Shown: in pieces, positions 22,261 through 34,560 of the stretch | Layout of the letters: each line of letters starts with the position of its first letter | Position numbering within the stretch: the stretch's first letter is position 1 | From: Ranitomeya imitator | Lineage: Eukaryota | Direction of reading: 5' to 3' | DNA: 64,000 nt | Assembly (NCBI RefSeq): GCF_032444005.1 | Contig: NC_091285.1 | Coordinates: 248,806,001 to 248,870,000, forward strand | Position numbers and translations under genes: made by a program | Notes under the pieces: generated by a model | Database searches by the model: none | What the model was told of the DNA's origin: nothing | The model's input: only the letters and a program-made list of their open reading frames with translations

Positions 22261-24675
22261 TCTACAATATAATTGTCTAAGGGTCACTTCCATCTCTCTG
22301 TCCATCTGTCTGTCACGGTTATTCATTCGCTGATTGGTCTCGGCAGCTGCCTGTCATGGCTGCCGCGACCAATCAGCGACGGGCACAGTCCGGAAGAAAA
22401 TGACCGCTCCTTCCTCTCCACAGTCAGTGCCTGTCGCCCGCATACTCCCCTCCGGTCACCACTAACACAGGGTTAATGCCAGCGGTAACGGACCGCATTA
22501 GGCCGCGGGTAATGCACTCCGTTACCGCCGCTATTAACCCTGTGTGTCCCCAACTTTTTACTATTGATGCTGCGTATGCAGCATCAATAGTAAAACGATC
22601 TAATGTTAAAAATAATAATAATAATGAAAAAACCTTATTCTCACCTTCCGCCGTCATGTCCTCTCCTCGGCATTGCAAGCGGCAGGTTCCGTTTCCAAAG
22701 ATGCTATGAGAGAAGGACCTTCCATGACGTCACGGTCATGTGACCGCGTCGTCATGGAAGGTCCTGCGCTCATACCAATCCTGGGACCGGACACCGCACA
22801 CAAGCGCCGGAACTATAACAGGCTCTTCGGATGGTGAGTATGTTTCTTTTTTATTTTTTAGCCTGTTACATACGTGACTGGGCAATATACTACCTGGCTG
22901 TGCTGTATACTATGTGACTGGGCAATATACTATGTGGCTGGGCAATATACTACGTGACTGGTCAATATACTATGTGACTGGGCAATATACTACATGGCTG
23001 GGCAATATACTACGTGGCTGGGCAATATACTACGTGACTGGGCAATATACTATGTGACTGGGCAATATACTACGTGGCTGGGCAATATACTACGTAGCTG
23101 GGCAATATACTACGTCACTGTGCAATATACTATGTGGCTGGGCAATATACTACGTGCTCTGTGCTGTATATTACGTGGCTGTGCAATATAGTACGTGACT
23201 GGGCAATATACTACGTGACTGGGCAATATACTACATGGCTGGGCATTATACTATGTGGCTAGGCAATATACTATGTGGCTGGGCAATACACTACGTGACT
23301 GGGCAATATACTACGTGACTGGGCAATATACTACATGGATGGGCAATATACTATGTGGCTGGGCAATATACTACGTGACTGGGCAATATACTACGTGACT
23401 GGGCAATATACTACGTGGCTGGGCAATATACTACGTACCTGGGCAATATACTACGTCGCTGTGCAATATACTACGTGTCTGGGCAATATACTACGTGGCT
23501 CTGTGCTGTATATTACATGGCTGTGCAATATACTATGTGACTGGGCAATATACTACGTGGCTCTGTGCTGTATATTATGTGGCTGTGCAATATACTATGT
23601 GACTGGGCAATATACTACGTGGCTCTGTGCTGTATATTACGTGGCTGTGCAATATACTATGTGATTGGGCAATATGCTACGTGGCTGGGCAATATACTAT
23701 GTGATTGGGCAATATACTACGTGACTGGGCAATATACAATGTGACTGGGCAATATACTACATGGCTGGGCAATATACTACATGGCTGGGCAATATACTAT
23801 GTGGCTGGGCAATATTCTATGTGACTGGGCAATATTCTACGTGGCTGGGCAATATTCTACGTGGCTGGGCAATATACTACGTGACTGGGCAATATACTAT
23901 GTGGCTGGGCAATATACTACGTGGCTGGGCAATATACTACGTGGCTGGCCAATATACTATGTGACTGGGCAATATACTCTGTGGCTGGGCAATATACTAC
24001 GTGACTGGGCAATATACTATGTGGCTGGGCAATATTCTACGTGGCTGGGCAATATACTATGTGGCTGGGCAATATTCTACGTGGCTGGGTAATATTCTAC
24101 GTGGCTGGGCAATATACTACGTGGCTGGCCAATATACTACACGGCTGGGCCATATACTACGTGGCTGGCCAATATACTACGTGACTGGCCAATATACTAT
24201 GTGGCTGGGCAATATACTACGTGACTGGGCAATATACTACGTGGCTGGGCAATATACTATGTGGCTGGGCAATATACTACGTGGCTGGGCCAATATATAT
24301 GGAAGTGTTACTGTAGGCGCGAAAAGGCCGTCGTCGCATCCTGCTCACCTCCTTCTCTGTCGTACCATCCCGGGCCGTGAACATGACGGCTTTGTTTGAC
24401 ATGTTGCAATAAAGGATTTTTACCACACCTGGACCGGTTAGTGTTACCGCATTGCTCTTTATTTTGTTGGCAATATACTATGTGCCTGGGCAATATAGTA
24501 CGTGGCTGGGCAATATTCTACGTGGCTGGGCAATATACAACGTGGCTGGCCAATATACTACGTGACTAGGCAATATAGTATGTGGCTGGGCAATATACTA
24601 TGTGACTGGGCAATATACTACGAGGACATGCATATTCTAGAATACCCGATGCGTTAGAATCGGGCCACCATCTAG
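22261..24675 (+). mobile_element. Non-autonomous Helitron carrying a 20-bp minisatellite
   Basis: 5' TC, 3' CTAG, hairpin CCCGAT-N8-ATCGGG (24645-24664) ending 11 nt before the 3' end. It is inserted between A and T without a TSD inside a 30-bp repeat unit (gatgctcca|tactgtataatgg). Confidence 0.9.
22871..24622 (+). repeat. 20-bp minisatellite (GTGACTGGGCAATATACTAC and variants), on the order of 85 units
   Basis: 20-nt periodicity is directly visible; the overlapping MAGQYTTWLGNILR-type ORFs are repeat artefacts. Confidence 0.95.
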
Positions 24676-24796
24676 TACTGTATAATGGCCACACATAATG
24701 CTCTATACTGTATAATGGCCACACATGATGCTCCATACTGTATAATGGCCAAACATGATGCTCCATAGTGTATAATGGCCACACATGTTGCTCAAT

Positions 24797-25178
24797 ACTG
24801 CCCAGTCACGTAGTATATTGCCCAGTCACATAGTATACAGCACAGAGCCACGTAGTATACAGCACAGACACATAGTATACTGCCCAGTCACGTAGTATAT
24901 TGGCCAGTCACAGTATATTGCCCAGCCACATAGTATATTGCCCAGCCACATAGTATATTGCCAAGTCACATAGTATGTTGCCCAGTCACGTAGTATATTG
25001 CCCAGTCACGTAGTATACAGCACAGAGCCACATAGTATACAGCACAGACACGTAGTATATTGCCCAGCCACATAGTATATTGCCCAGCCACATAGTATAT
25101 TGCCCAGTCACGTAGTATACAGCATAGACACGTAATATATTGCCCAGTTACGTAGTATATTGGCCAGTCACGTAGTAT
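24797..25178 (-). repeat. Second array of the same 20-bp unit in inverted orientation
   Basis: Units CCCAGTCACGTAGTATATTG, the reverse complement of the Helitron array unit. Confidence 0.92.
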
Positions 25179-25314
25179 GCACCATATCCCTGTTAAAAAA
25201 AAGAATTAAAATAAAAAATAGTTACATACTCACCTTAGTATAGACAGCTAATAGTCCTACTGAATAGACTATTAGAATTTGTATCATGGTAATACAAATT
25301 ACCATAATACATGA

Positions 25315-25475
25315 TCCCCCCCCCCTGTATGCATGGCTCATATCCACCCCTCCTGTATGCATGGCTCATAATTTCCCCCTGTATGCGTGGCTCATATTCC
25401 CCCCTCCTGTATGCATGGCTCATAATTCCCCCCCACCTCTTGTATGCATGGCTCATAATCCCCCCGTATGAATGG
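25315..25475. repeat. Short array of about 30-35-bp units (CCCCCCTGTATGCATGGCTCATA...)
   Basis: About five copies of CTGTATGCATGGCTCATA with C-rich spacers. Confidence 0.8.
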
Positions 25476-26279
25476 CTCATCTCTCCACCCCCTGCTCCTT
25501 CTCCCATGGCTCTGCTCTGGGCTCCCCATCCTCTTTCTTCCCCCGTCCCTCATACTCACCTGTCCCACACCGCGCGGCCGCGCAGACATCCCTCTGGCTC
25601 TGTCCCGACTTTTGGCGCAGCACCTTCTTCCTGCGTGAGCGGTCATGTTGTACCGCTCATTAACCCCTTCATGACCCAGCCTATTTTGACCTTAAAGACC
25701 TTGCCGTTTTTTGCAATTCTGACCAGTGTCCCTTTATGAGGTAATAACTCAGGAACGCTTCAATGGATCCTAGCGGTTCTGAGATTGTTTGTTCGTGACA
25801 TATTGGGCTTCATGTTAGTGGTAAATTTAGGTCAATAAATTCTGTGTTTATTTGTGATAAAAACGGAAATTTGGCGAAAATTTTGAAAATTTTGCAATTT
25901 TCACATTTTGAAATTTTATTCTGTTAAACCAGAGAGTTATGTGACACAAAATAGTTAATAAATAACATTTCCCACACGTCTACTTTACATCAGCACAATT
26001 TTGGAAACAAATTTTTTTTTTGCTAAGAAGTTATAAGGGTTAAAATTTGACCAGCGATTTCTCATTTTTACAACGAAATTTACAAAACCATTTTTTTTAG
26101 GGACCACCTCACATTTGAAGTCAGTTTGAGGGGTCTATATGGCTGAAAATACCCAAAAGTGACACCATTCTAAAAACTGCACCCCTCAAGGTGCACAAAA
26201 CCACATTCAAGAAGTTTATTAACCCTTCAGGTGCTTCACAGCAGCAGAAGCAACATGGAAGGAAAAAATGAACATTTAA

Positions 26280-29200
26280 CTTTTTAGTCACAAAAATGAT
26301 TTTTCAGCAACAATTTTTTTATTTTTCCAATGGTAAAAGGAGAAACTGAACACCGAAAGTTGTTGTCCAATTTGTCCTGAGTACGCTGATACCAAATATG
26401 TGGGGGTAAACCACTGTTTGGGCGCACGGCAGGGCTTGGAAGGGAAGGAGCGCCATTTGACTTTTTGAATGAAAAATTGGCTGCACTCTTTAGCGGACAC
26501 CATGTCACGTTTGGAGAGCCCCCGTGTGCCTAAAAATTGGAGCTCCCCCACAAGTGACCCCATTTTGGAAACTAGACGCCCCAAGGAACTTATCTAGATG
26601 CATAGTGAGCCCTTTAAACCCCCAGGTGCTTCACAAATTGATCTGTAAAAATGAAAAAGTACTTTTTTTTCACAAAAAAATTATATTCGCCTCAATTTTT
26701 TCATTTTCACATGGACAACAGGATAAAATGGATCCTAAAATTTGTTGGGCAATTTCTCCTGAGTACACCGATACCTCACATGTGGGGGTAAACCACTGTT
26801 TGGGCACATGGTAAGGCTCGGAAGGGAAGGAGCGCCATTTGACTTTTTGAATGAAAAATTATCTCCATCGTTAGCGGACACCATGTCGCGTTTGGAGAGC
26901 CCCTGTGTGCCTAAACATTGGAGCTCCCCCACAAGTGACCCCATTTTGGAAACTGGACCCCCCAAGGAACTTATCTAGATGCCTAGTGAGCACTTTAAAC
27001 CCTCAGGTGCTTCACAAATTGATCCGTAAAAATGAAAAAGTACTTTTTTTTCACAAAAAATTTCTTTTCGCCTCAATTTTTTCATTTTCACATGGGCAAT
27101 AGGATAAAATGGATCCTAAAATTTGTTGAGCAATTTCTCCCGAGTACGCCGATACCTCATATGTGGGGGTAAACCACTGTTTGGGCACACGGCAGGGCTC
27201 GGAAGGGAAGGCGCGCCTTTTGACTTTTTGAATGGAAAATTAGCTCCAATTGTTAGCGGACACCATGTCGCATTTGGAGAGCCCCTGTGTGCCTATGCAT
27301 TGAAGCTCCCCCACAAGTGACCCCATTTTGGAAACTAGACCCCCCAAGGAACTTATCTAGATGCATACTGAGCACTTTAAACCCCCAGGTGCTTCACAGA
27401 AGTTTATAATGCAGAGCCATGAAAATAAAAAATAATTTTTCTTTTCTCAAAAATGATTTTTTAGCCTGGAATTTCCTATTTTGCCAATGGTAATAGGAGA
27501 AATTGGACGACAAATGTTGTTGTCCAGTTTGTCCTGAGTACGCAGATACCCCATATGTGGGGGTAAACCACTGTTTGGGCGCACGGCAGGGCTCAGAAGG
27601 GAAGGCACGCCATTTGGCTTTTTAAATGGAAAATTAGCTCCAATCATTAGCGGACACCATGTCGCGTTTGGAGAGCCCCTGTGTGCCTAAACATTGGAGA
27701 TCCCCCACAAATGACCCCATTTTGGAAACTAGACCCCCAAAGGAACTAATCTAGATGTGTGGTGAGCACTTTGAACCCTCAAGTGCTTCACAGAAGTTTA
27801 TAACGCAGAGCCATGAAAATAAAATAAAAAATTTCTTTTCTCAAAAATGATTTTTTAGCCCGCAATTTTTTATTTTCCCAAGGGTAACAGGAGAAATTTG
27901 ACCCCAAAAGTTGTTGTCCAGTTTCTCCTGAGTAGGCTGATACCCCATATGTGGGGGTAAACCACTGTTTAGGCACATGCTGGGGCTCGGAAGTGAAGTA
28001 GTGACGTTTTGAAATGCAGACTTTGATGGAATGCTCTGCGGGCGTCACGTTGCGTTTGCAGAGCCCCTGATGTGGCTAAACAGTAAAAACCCCCCACAAG
28101 TGACCCCATTTTGGAAACTAGACCCCGAAAGGAACTTATCTAGATGTGAGGTGAGCACTTTGAACCCCCAAGTGCTTCACAGAAGTTCATAACACAGAGC
28201 AGTGAAAATAATAAATACGTTTTCTTTCCTCAAAAATAATTTTTTAGCCCAGAATTTTTTAATTTTCCCAAGGGTAACAGGAGAAATTTGACCCCAATAT
28301 TTGTTGTCCAGTTTCTCCTGAGTACGGTGATACCCCATATGTGGGGATAAACTACTATGTGGGCACTTGCCAGGGCTCGGAAGTGAAGTAGTGACGTTTT
28401 GAAATACAGACTTTGATGGAATGCTCTACGGACGTCACGTTGCGTTTGCAGAGCCCCTGATGTGACTAAACAGTAGAAACCCCCCACAAGTCATCCCATT
28501 TCGGAAACTAGACCCCGAAATGAAATTATCTAGATATGTGGTGAGCACTTTCAACCCCCAAGTGCTTCACAGAAGTTTATAACGCAGAGCCGTGAAAATA
28601 ATAAATACGTTTTCTTTCCTCAAAAATAATTTTTAGCCCAGAATTTTTTATTTTCCCAAGGGTTACAGGAGAAATTGGACCACAAAAGTTGTTGTCCAGT
28701 TTCTCCTGAGTAAGCTGATAGTCCTTGTGTGGGGGTAAACCACTGTTTGGGCACACGTCGGGGCTCAGAAGGGAAGTAGTGACTTTTGAAATGCAGACTT
28801 TGATGGAATGGTCTATGGGCGTCACGTTGCGTTTGCAGAGCCCCTGGTGTGCCTAAACAGTAGAAACCCCCCACAAGTGACCACATTTTGGAAACTAGAC
28901 CCCCAAAGGAACTTATCTAGATATGTGGTGAGCACTTTCAGCCCCCAAGTGCTTTACAGAAGCTTATAACGCAGAGCCGTGAAAATAATAAATACGTTTT
29001 CTTTCCTCAAAAATAATTTTTTAGCCCAGAATTTTTTATTTTCCCAAGGGTTACAGGAGAAATTGGACCCCAAAAGTTGTTGTCCAGTTTCTCCTGAGTA
29101 CGCCGATACTCCATGTGTGGGGGTAAACCACTGTTTGGGCACACGTCGGGGCTCAGAAGGGAAGTAGTGACTTTTGAAATGCAGACTTTGATGGAATGGT

Positions 29201-29650
29201 CTGCGGACGTCACGTTGCGTTTGCAGAGCCCCTGGTGTGCCTAAACAGTAGAAACCCCCCACAAGTGACCCCATTTTGGAAACTAGACCCCCCAAGGAAC
29301 TTATCTAGATATGTGCTGAGCACTTTGATCCCCCAAGTGCTTCACAGACATTTACAACGCAGAGCCGTGAAAATAAAAAATCATTTTTCTTTCCTCAAAA
29401 ATGATGTTTTAGCAAGCAATTTTTTATTTTCTCAAGGGTAACAGGAGAAATTGGACCCCAGTAATTGTTGCGCAGTTTGTCCTGAGTATGCTGGTACCCC
29501 ATATGTGGGGGTAAACCACTGTTTGGGCACACGTCGGGGCTCGGAAGTGAGGGAGCACCATTTGACTTTTTGAATACAAGATTGGCTGGAATCAATGGTG
29601 GCGCCATGTTGCGTTTGGAGACCCCCTGATGTGCCTAAACAGTGGAAACC
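26280..29650. repeat. Tandem array of nine 381-395-bp units inside the piggyBac-like element
   Basis: The anchor TT(G/T)TCCTGAGTA recurs at about 26371, 26752, 27133, 27528, 27922, 28312, 28700, 29088 and 29476, with recurring GGGGGTAAACCACTGTTTGGGCAC and CCCCATTTTGGAAACTAGAC. Confidence 0.92.
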
Positions 29651-29654
29651 CCTC

Positions 29655-29773
29655 AATTCCAACTCCAACACACCCCTAAACCTTATCCCAACTGTAGCCG
29701 TAACCCTAATCACAACCCTAACCCCAACACACCCCTAACCACAACCCTAATTCCAACCCAACCCTAACCCTAA
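29655..29773. repeat. Degenerate telomere-like (CCCTAA)n tract
   Basis: CCCTAA, CCCCAA and CACAA variants inside the piggyBac-like element. Confidence 0.85.
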
Positions 29774-30117
29774 GGCTATGTGCCAACGTTGCGGATTCGT
29801 ATGAGATTTTTCAGCATCATTTTTTAAAAATCCGCGGGTAAAAGGCACTGCGTTTTACCTGCGGATTTACCGCGGATTGCCAGTGTTTTTTGTGCGGATT
29901 TCACCTGTGGATTCCTATTGAGGAACAGGTGTAAAACGCTGCGGAATCCGCACAAAGAATTGACATGCTGCGGAAAATACAACACAGCGTTTCCGCGCGG
30001 TATTTTCCGCACCATGGGCACAGCGGATTTGGTTTTCCATATGTTTACATGGTACTGTAAACCTGATGGATCACTGCTGCGAATCCGCAGCCAAATCCGC
30101 ACCGTGTGCACATAGCC
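29774..30117. mobile_element. Harbinger-type MITE inserted in the telomere-like tract
   Basis: TAA|GGCTATGTGC...GTGCACATAGCC|TAA. Confidence 0.85.
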
Positions 30118-30126
30118 TAATTCTAA

Positions 30127-30445
30127 AGGTATGTGCACACGCTGCGGAAAACGCTGCGGATCCGCAGCAGTTTCCCATGAGTTTACAGTTCAATGTAAAC
30201 CTATGGGAAACAAAAATCGCTGTACACATGCTGCGGAAAAACTGCACGGAAACGCAGCGGTTTACATTCCGCAGCATGTCGCTTCTTTCTGCGGATTCCA
30301 CAGCGGTTTTACAACTGCTCCAATAGAAAATCGCAGTTGTAAAACCGCAGTGAAATGCGCAGAAAAACCGCGGTAAATCCACAGCGGTTTAGCACTGCGG
30401 ATTTATCAAATCCTCTGCGGAAAAATCCGCAGAGGACCAGAATAT
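30127..30445. mobile_element. Second related Harbinger-type MITE; right end lost in the N gap (30446-30599)
   Basis: TAA|AGGTATGTGCACAC terminus, with the same GCGGATT/AATCCGC-rich internal motifs as its neighbour. Confidence 0.65.
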
Positions 30446-33243
30446 NNNNNNNNNNNNNNNNNNNNNNNNNNNNNNNNNNNNNNNNNNNNNNNNNNNNNNN
30501 NNNNNNNNNNNNNNNNNNNNNNNNNNNNNNNNNNNNNNNNNNNNNNNNNNNNNNNNNNNNNNNNNNNNNNNNNNNNNNNNNNNNNNNNNNNNNNNNNNNC
30601 CTTAGTGGAAAAAAAAAATTATTTATTTTTTTTATTGTCCCTACCTATGGGGGTGACAAAGGGGGGGGGGGTCATTTACTATTTTTTTTATTTTGATCAC
30701 TGAGATAGGTTATATCTCAGTGATCAAAACTCACTCTGGAACGAATCTGCCGGCCGGCAGATTCGGCGGGCGCACTGCACATGCGCCCGCCATTTTGGAA
30801 GATGGCGGCGCCCAGGAAAGAAGACGGACACCGGCAGGCTCGGTAAGTATAAGGGGGGGAGATCAGGGCACGGGGGGGCGTCGGAGCATGGGGGGGGCGT
30901 CGGAGCACGGGGAGGGGCGTCGGAGCATGGATGAGGATCGGTGTGCGTGCGGGTGGATTGGAGCACGGGGTGGGGGATCGCTGTGCGGGGGGGTGGATCG
31001 GAGCATGGGGGGATCGCTGTGCGGGGGGGGAAACGGAGCACGGGGGGGTTTCATTGGAGCACGGGGGTGTGATTGGAGCACGGGGGGAGCGGACAGGAGG
31101 ACGGGGGAGCGGAGCACAGGACGGAGGGGAGCGGACCACAGATCGGAGGGCTGGGGGGGCGATCGGTGGGGTGGGGTGGGTGCACATTCGTGTTTCCAGC
31201 CATGGCCGATGATATTGCAGCATCGGCCATGGCTGGATTGTAATATTTCACCAGTTTTTAGGTGAAATATTACAAATCGCTCTGATTGGCAGTTTCACTT
31301 TCAACAGCCAATCAGAGCGATCGTAGCCACGGGGGGGTGAAGCCACCCCCCCTGGGCTAAACTAACACTCCCCCTGTCCCTGCAGATTGGGTGAAATGGG
31401 AGTTAACCCTTTCACCCGATCTGCAGGGACGCGATCTTTCTGTGACACAGCATATGCGTCACAGGTCGGATTGGCACCGACTTTCATGACGCATACGCTG
31501 TGTCACAGGTCGGGAAGGGGTTAAGGTCATGAATATGCGCATATTCATGACCCTAATGAGTGGTAACACGTGACCACTTATTCAAGACCACTACAGACGC
31601 TGAGACCAGGCATCGCTGGAGCAGGGTGAGTATCATCTTCAAGGAGGGTGGGTGGGAGGCAGGCGGGCGGGGGGCAGGCGGGGGAGGGGGGCGGTCGGTC
31701 GGGAGGTGACCCAGTACTTTAAAAAAAAAAAAAGCTTGCTCAGGTGCCGCCCCCCCGCATCGTCCCTGCCCTAGGCACATGCCCTCAAGTGCCTAGTGGC
31801 AAATACGGCCCTGCATACACACCATTGTTGATTATTGTATTCCTGCTGAGATTCATGAAGTCATGAACATTAGCTAATGTGAAAGAGGCCTGTATTTGCC
31901 TATATGTTACCTTTGTTTCCATTGTGACCTTGCAGACTATCATATGCCTTTTGAAGTGGTCTATGTTGGTCAGCCACTCTTGAGGAGTATAACAATGTTC
32001 TTAAATTTCCTCCATTTGTACACAATCTGTTTAACTATGGATTGATAGAGTCCAAACACTTCATAGAAGGTCTTGTAACTTTTTTCAGCCTACTGACCAT
32101 CAATATTTCTTCTGAGGCCCTCAGAAATCTCCTTTGTTTGTGCCATGATATACTTCCACAAATATGTTGTGAAGATCAAATGATGATGGTTCCCCATTCT
32201 TTAATTAAAACAAGTTGAATTGATTGAAAACGCCAACTCTAATTTGGTCTTCAAATTATCTGCTTATCCTTAACATACCTTGACATACTTTTGCCATTCA
32301 CAAAAGTGAGTCTTGCAACATTTTACTCCTTTTGGAAAAAGAAGAAGTCAAATATTTTTGATTCTTTTGATTTTCTTTTTCTACTTTTACTATTTGTGTG
32401 CATACCTGATGTAGTTTTAGGTCAAATTTATGCAGAAATATGGAAAATTCTAAAGAGTTTGCTTCATAGCTAAAAATGGTTAAAACGCATGAATAAGTAT
32501 TTGCAGCACATTCATTCCTAGCTATAATCTAATTGTATACTGTATTGAAAGAACACAATAGTTTTTAACAAGTCTAATGAATTACGCTAATAAATTATTA
32601 CCTATGACTGTACTATGGAAAGAATGTACATATCTAAATCAAAATGATACTTTGTTGCAAGAATAAATTTCAACTAAAGCAAGATTCCATCATTTTTTTT
32701 ATTTCACCGATGGAGTGGTATCACTTATGTCAGTTCCCAGACCAGAATAAAATACTTACCAGTTGCTATCTTCTGTTTCTCCCAGCGCCACTCTGGCCCC
32801 ACTCTTCCATCTTGAGACCTCAGCTCCTGACTCGTCAGAAGTCAGAACTAAAGGTGACAAGTTCTCAATGTAAGTCTATGAGATCCTAGTTCTGGCTTTT
32901 TTACACTTACATTGAGAAGTGACTTCCAGTCTGCCCAGCAAACACTGGAGCGATTGGGAAGGTCACAACTAGCAGGACAGGATTGGAGCAACATCAAGAA
33001 CAGAAGAAGACAGTGTCTGGTAAGTGCTACTTACCAGTAACCAGAGGGTGTCTGGTAAGTACAGGCAGTGAGCATACATTAGTGATACCATTTAAAGCAT
33101 GAAATAAAATAAACAGAGTAGTGCTTTAAGACTAACTTCTCTCTTGACAGTCTAAAAAGGTGGTGAGTTTTGCATCAAATTTATTAAAAATTGAAAAAAT
33201 AGAACATATGCACTCCAAAATCTTCAACATTTTCTGGCGTTAA

Positions 33244-34560
33244 CCCCTTAATTTACACCAATACGCCTTTTAACAGTGACAGTTAAGGGTACTTATTCCT
33301 CAGCACCGAGAAATGAGGTTGTAGCGCCCCCAGCGTCGGAAATTTTCCGGGGTCTCAGGGGATAGCTGAGACCCCAGAGAAAATGATTCAGGTTGGTTTT
33401 TACTTACCCCAATGTTGTGATCACCGTTATTCATGGAATAACAGCGGCCGCAAAAAAAAAGTCCCATTTCCCATTTAATTTCTCTCTGCTATGATCTAGC
33501 ATATCAGAGGAGAGAGAATGGGGTCCCTCGAGCCCCTGTGGTACCTATAGTGTCCCTGGACCCTCCTGCATCCTCTGGTCCTGTCCCCCGGCCATCTGCG
33601 TCCTTTTCCGGGAAGGAAATTGCGGGCGTATGCGCAGTACATCGGCCAAGATCTGCCGTTCGGTACCCGGCAATAATAGGACATTTTTCCTATTGCTTCA
33701 TTTTGATCACTGTGATGCACCCTATCAGAGTGATCAAAATAAAAAAATAGTTAATCAAACTCTCTTATCACCATCTTAGTTAGGTAAAATAACAAAAGAA
33801 AAAATGGATCTATTTTCATTTTTCCATTAGAGTTAGAGTTGGGCTCGGGTTAGGGTTTAGGGTTGGGGCTAGGGTTAGGGTTGGGGCTAGGGTTAGGATT
33901 GGGTTAGGGTTAGGGTTGGGCTAGGGTTAGGGTTGGAGTAGTGTTTGGGTTGGGCTATGTTTACGGTTGCAGCTAGGGTTAGGGTTAGGGCTAGAGCTTG
34001 GGCTAGGGTTGGGCTAGGGTTAGGGTTGGGCTAGGGTTGTAGCTAGGGTTAGGGTTGGGGTTAGGTTTGTGTTGGGGTTAGGGTTATGGTTATGGTTGGG
34101 ATTATGGTTATGGTTGGGATTAGGGTTAGATGTGTGTTACAGTTAGGGTTGGGATTAGGGTTAGGGGTATCTTGGGGTTAGGGTCAGAGGTAGAATTGGG
34201 GGGTTCCACTGTTTAGGTACATCAGGGGGTCTCCAAACGCGACATGGTGCCCACCATTGATTCCAGCCAATTTTACATTCAAAAAGTCAAACAGTGGATT
34301 TACCCCACATACAAGGTATCAGTGTACTCAGGAGAAATTGCGCAACAAATTTTGTGGTCTCTTTTCTCCTGATACCATTATGAAAATAAAAAAAAATTTG
34401 GTTCCAAAGTACATTTTTGGGGAAAAAAATAAAATGTAAATTTTTTTCTTCAACATTGCTTTAGTTCTCGTGAAGCACCTGTAGGCTTGATAAACTTCGT
34501 GAATGTGGTTTTGTGCACCTTGAGGGGTGCAGTTTTTAGAATTGTCACTTTTGGGTATTT
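33244..34560. mobile_element. Truncated relative of the 25664-31520 piggyBac-like element in opposite orientation, with a (TTAGGG)-like tract at about 33830-34190
   Basis: TTAA|CCCCTT terminus. 34200-34270 is the reverse complement of 29580-29650 and is followed by part of one inverted 388-bp unit. Confidence 0.78.

Larger units (their letters stand above)
25664..31520. mobile_element. Large non-autonomous piggyBac-like element (about 5.9 kb, no transposase)
   Basis: TTAA|CCCCTTCATGACC...GGTCGGGAAGGGG|TTAA. Removing it restores a roughly 75-bp host palindrome (GGTCATGTTGTACCGCTCA-TTAA-GGTCATGAATATGC|GCATATTCATGACCCTAATGAGTGGTAACACGTGACC). Confidence 0.88.
21779..31813. mobile_element. Non-autonomous hAT-type element, expanded by nested insertions
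   Basis: TIR CAGGGCCGTATTT...AAATACGGCCCTG and a perfect 8-bp TSD CATACACA (21771-21778 and 31814-31821). Confidence 0.93.
20909..32470 (-). mobile_element. Old degraded Tc1 element, outermost shell of a multi-level nest (right end approximate)
   Basis: TA|CAGTGCCTAATGAAAGTTTATGAACTCTT...TTCTGCATAAACTTGAC at the left and the inverted counterpart GTCAAATTTATGCAGAAATATGGAAAATTCTAAAGAGTTT at about 32421-32460. Minus-strand transposase remnants (YWEEWTKIPP; TKDHMDKPDG) continue on both sides of the hAT insertion. Confidence 0.8.

Noticed and set aside
22871-24622. CRISPR-like periodic array and repeat ORFs
   Set aside because: The units are contiguous 20-mers without unique spacers, there are no cas genes, and the DNA is vertebrate; it is a minisatellite.
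32680-33130. Probable Kolobok/T2-type MITE
   Set aside because: It has internal inverted repeats and a ...GTGCT|TTAA right end, but a matching left end and TSD could not be defined, so it was not listed as a feature.
33830-34190. TTAGGG-like tract as a true telomere or chromosome fusion site
   Set aside because: It is highly degenerate and embedded in transposon sequence homologous to 29580-29770; there is no head-to-head junction.
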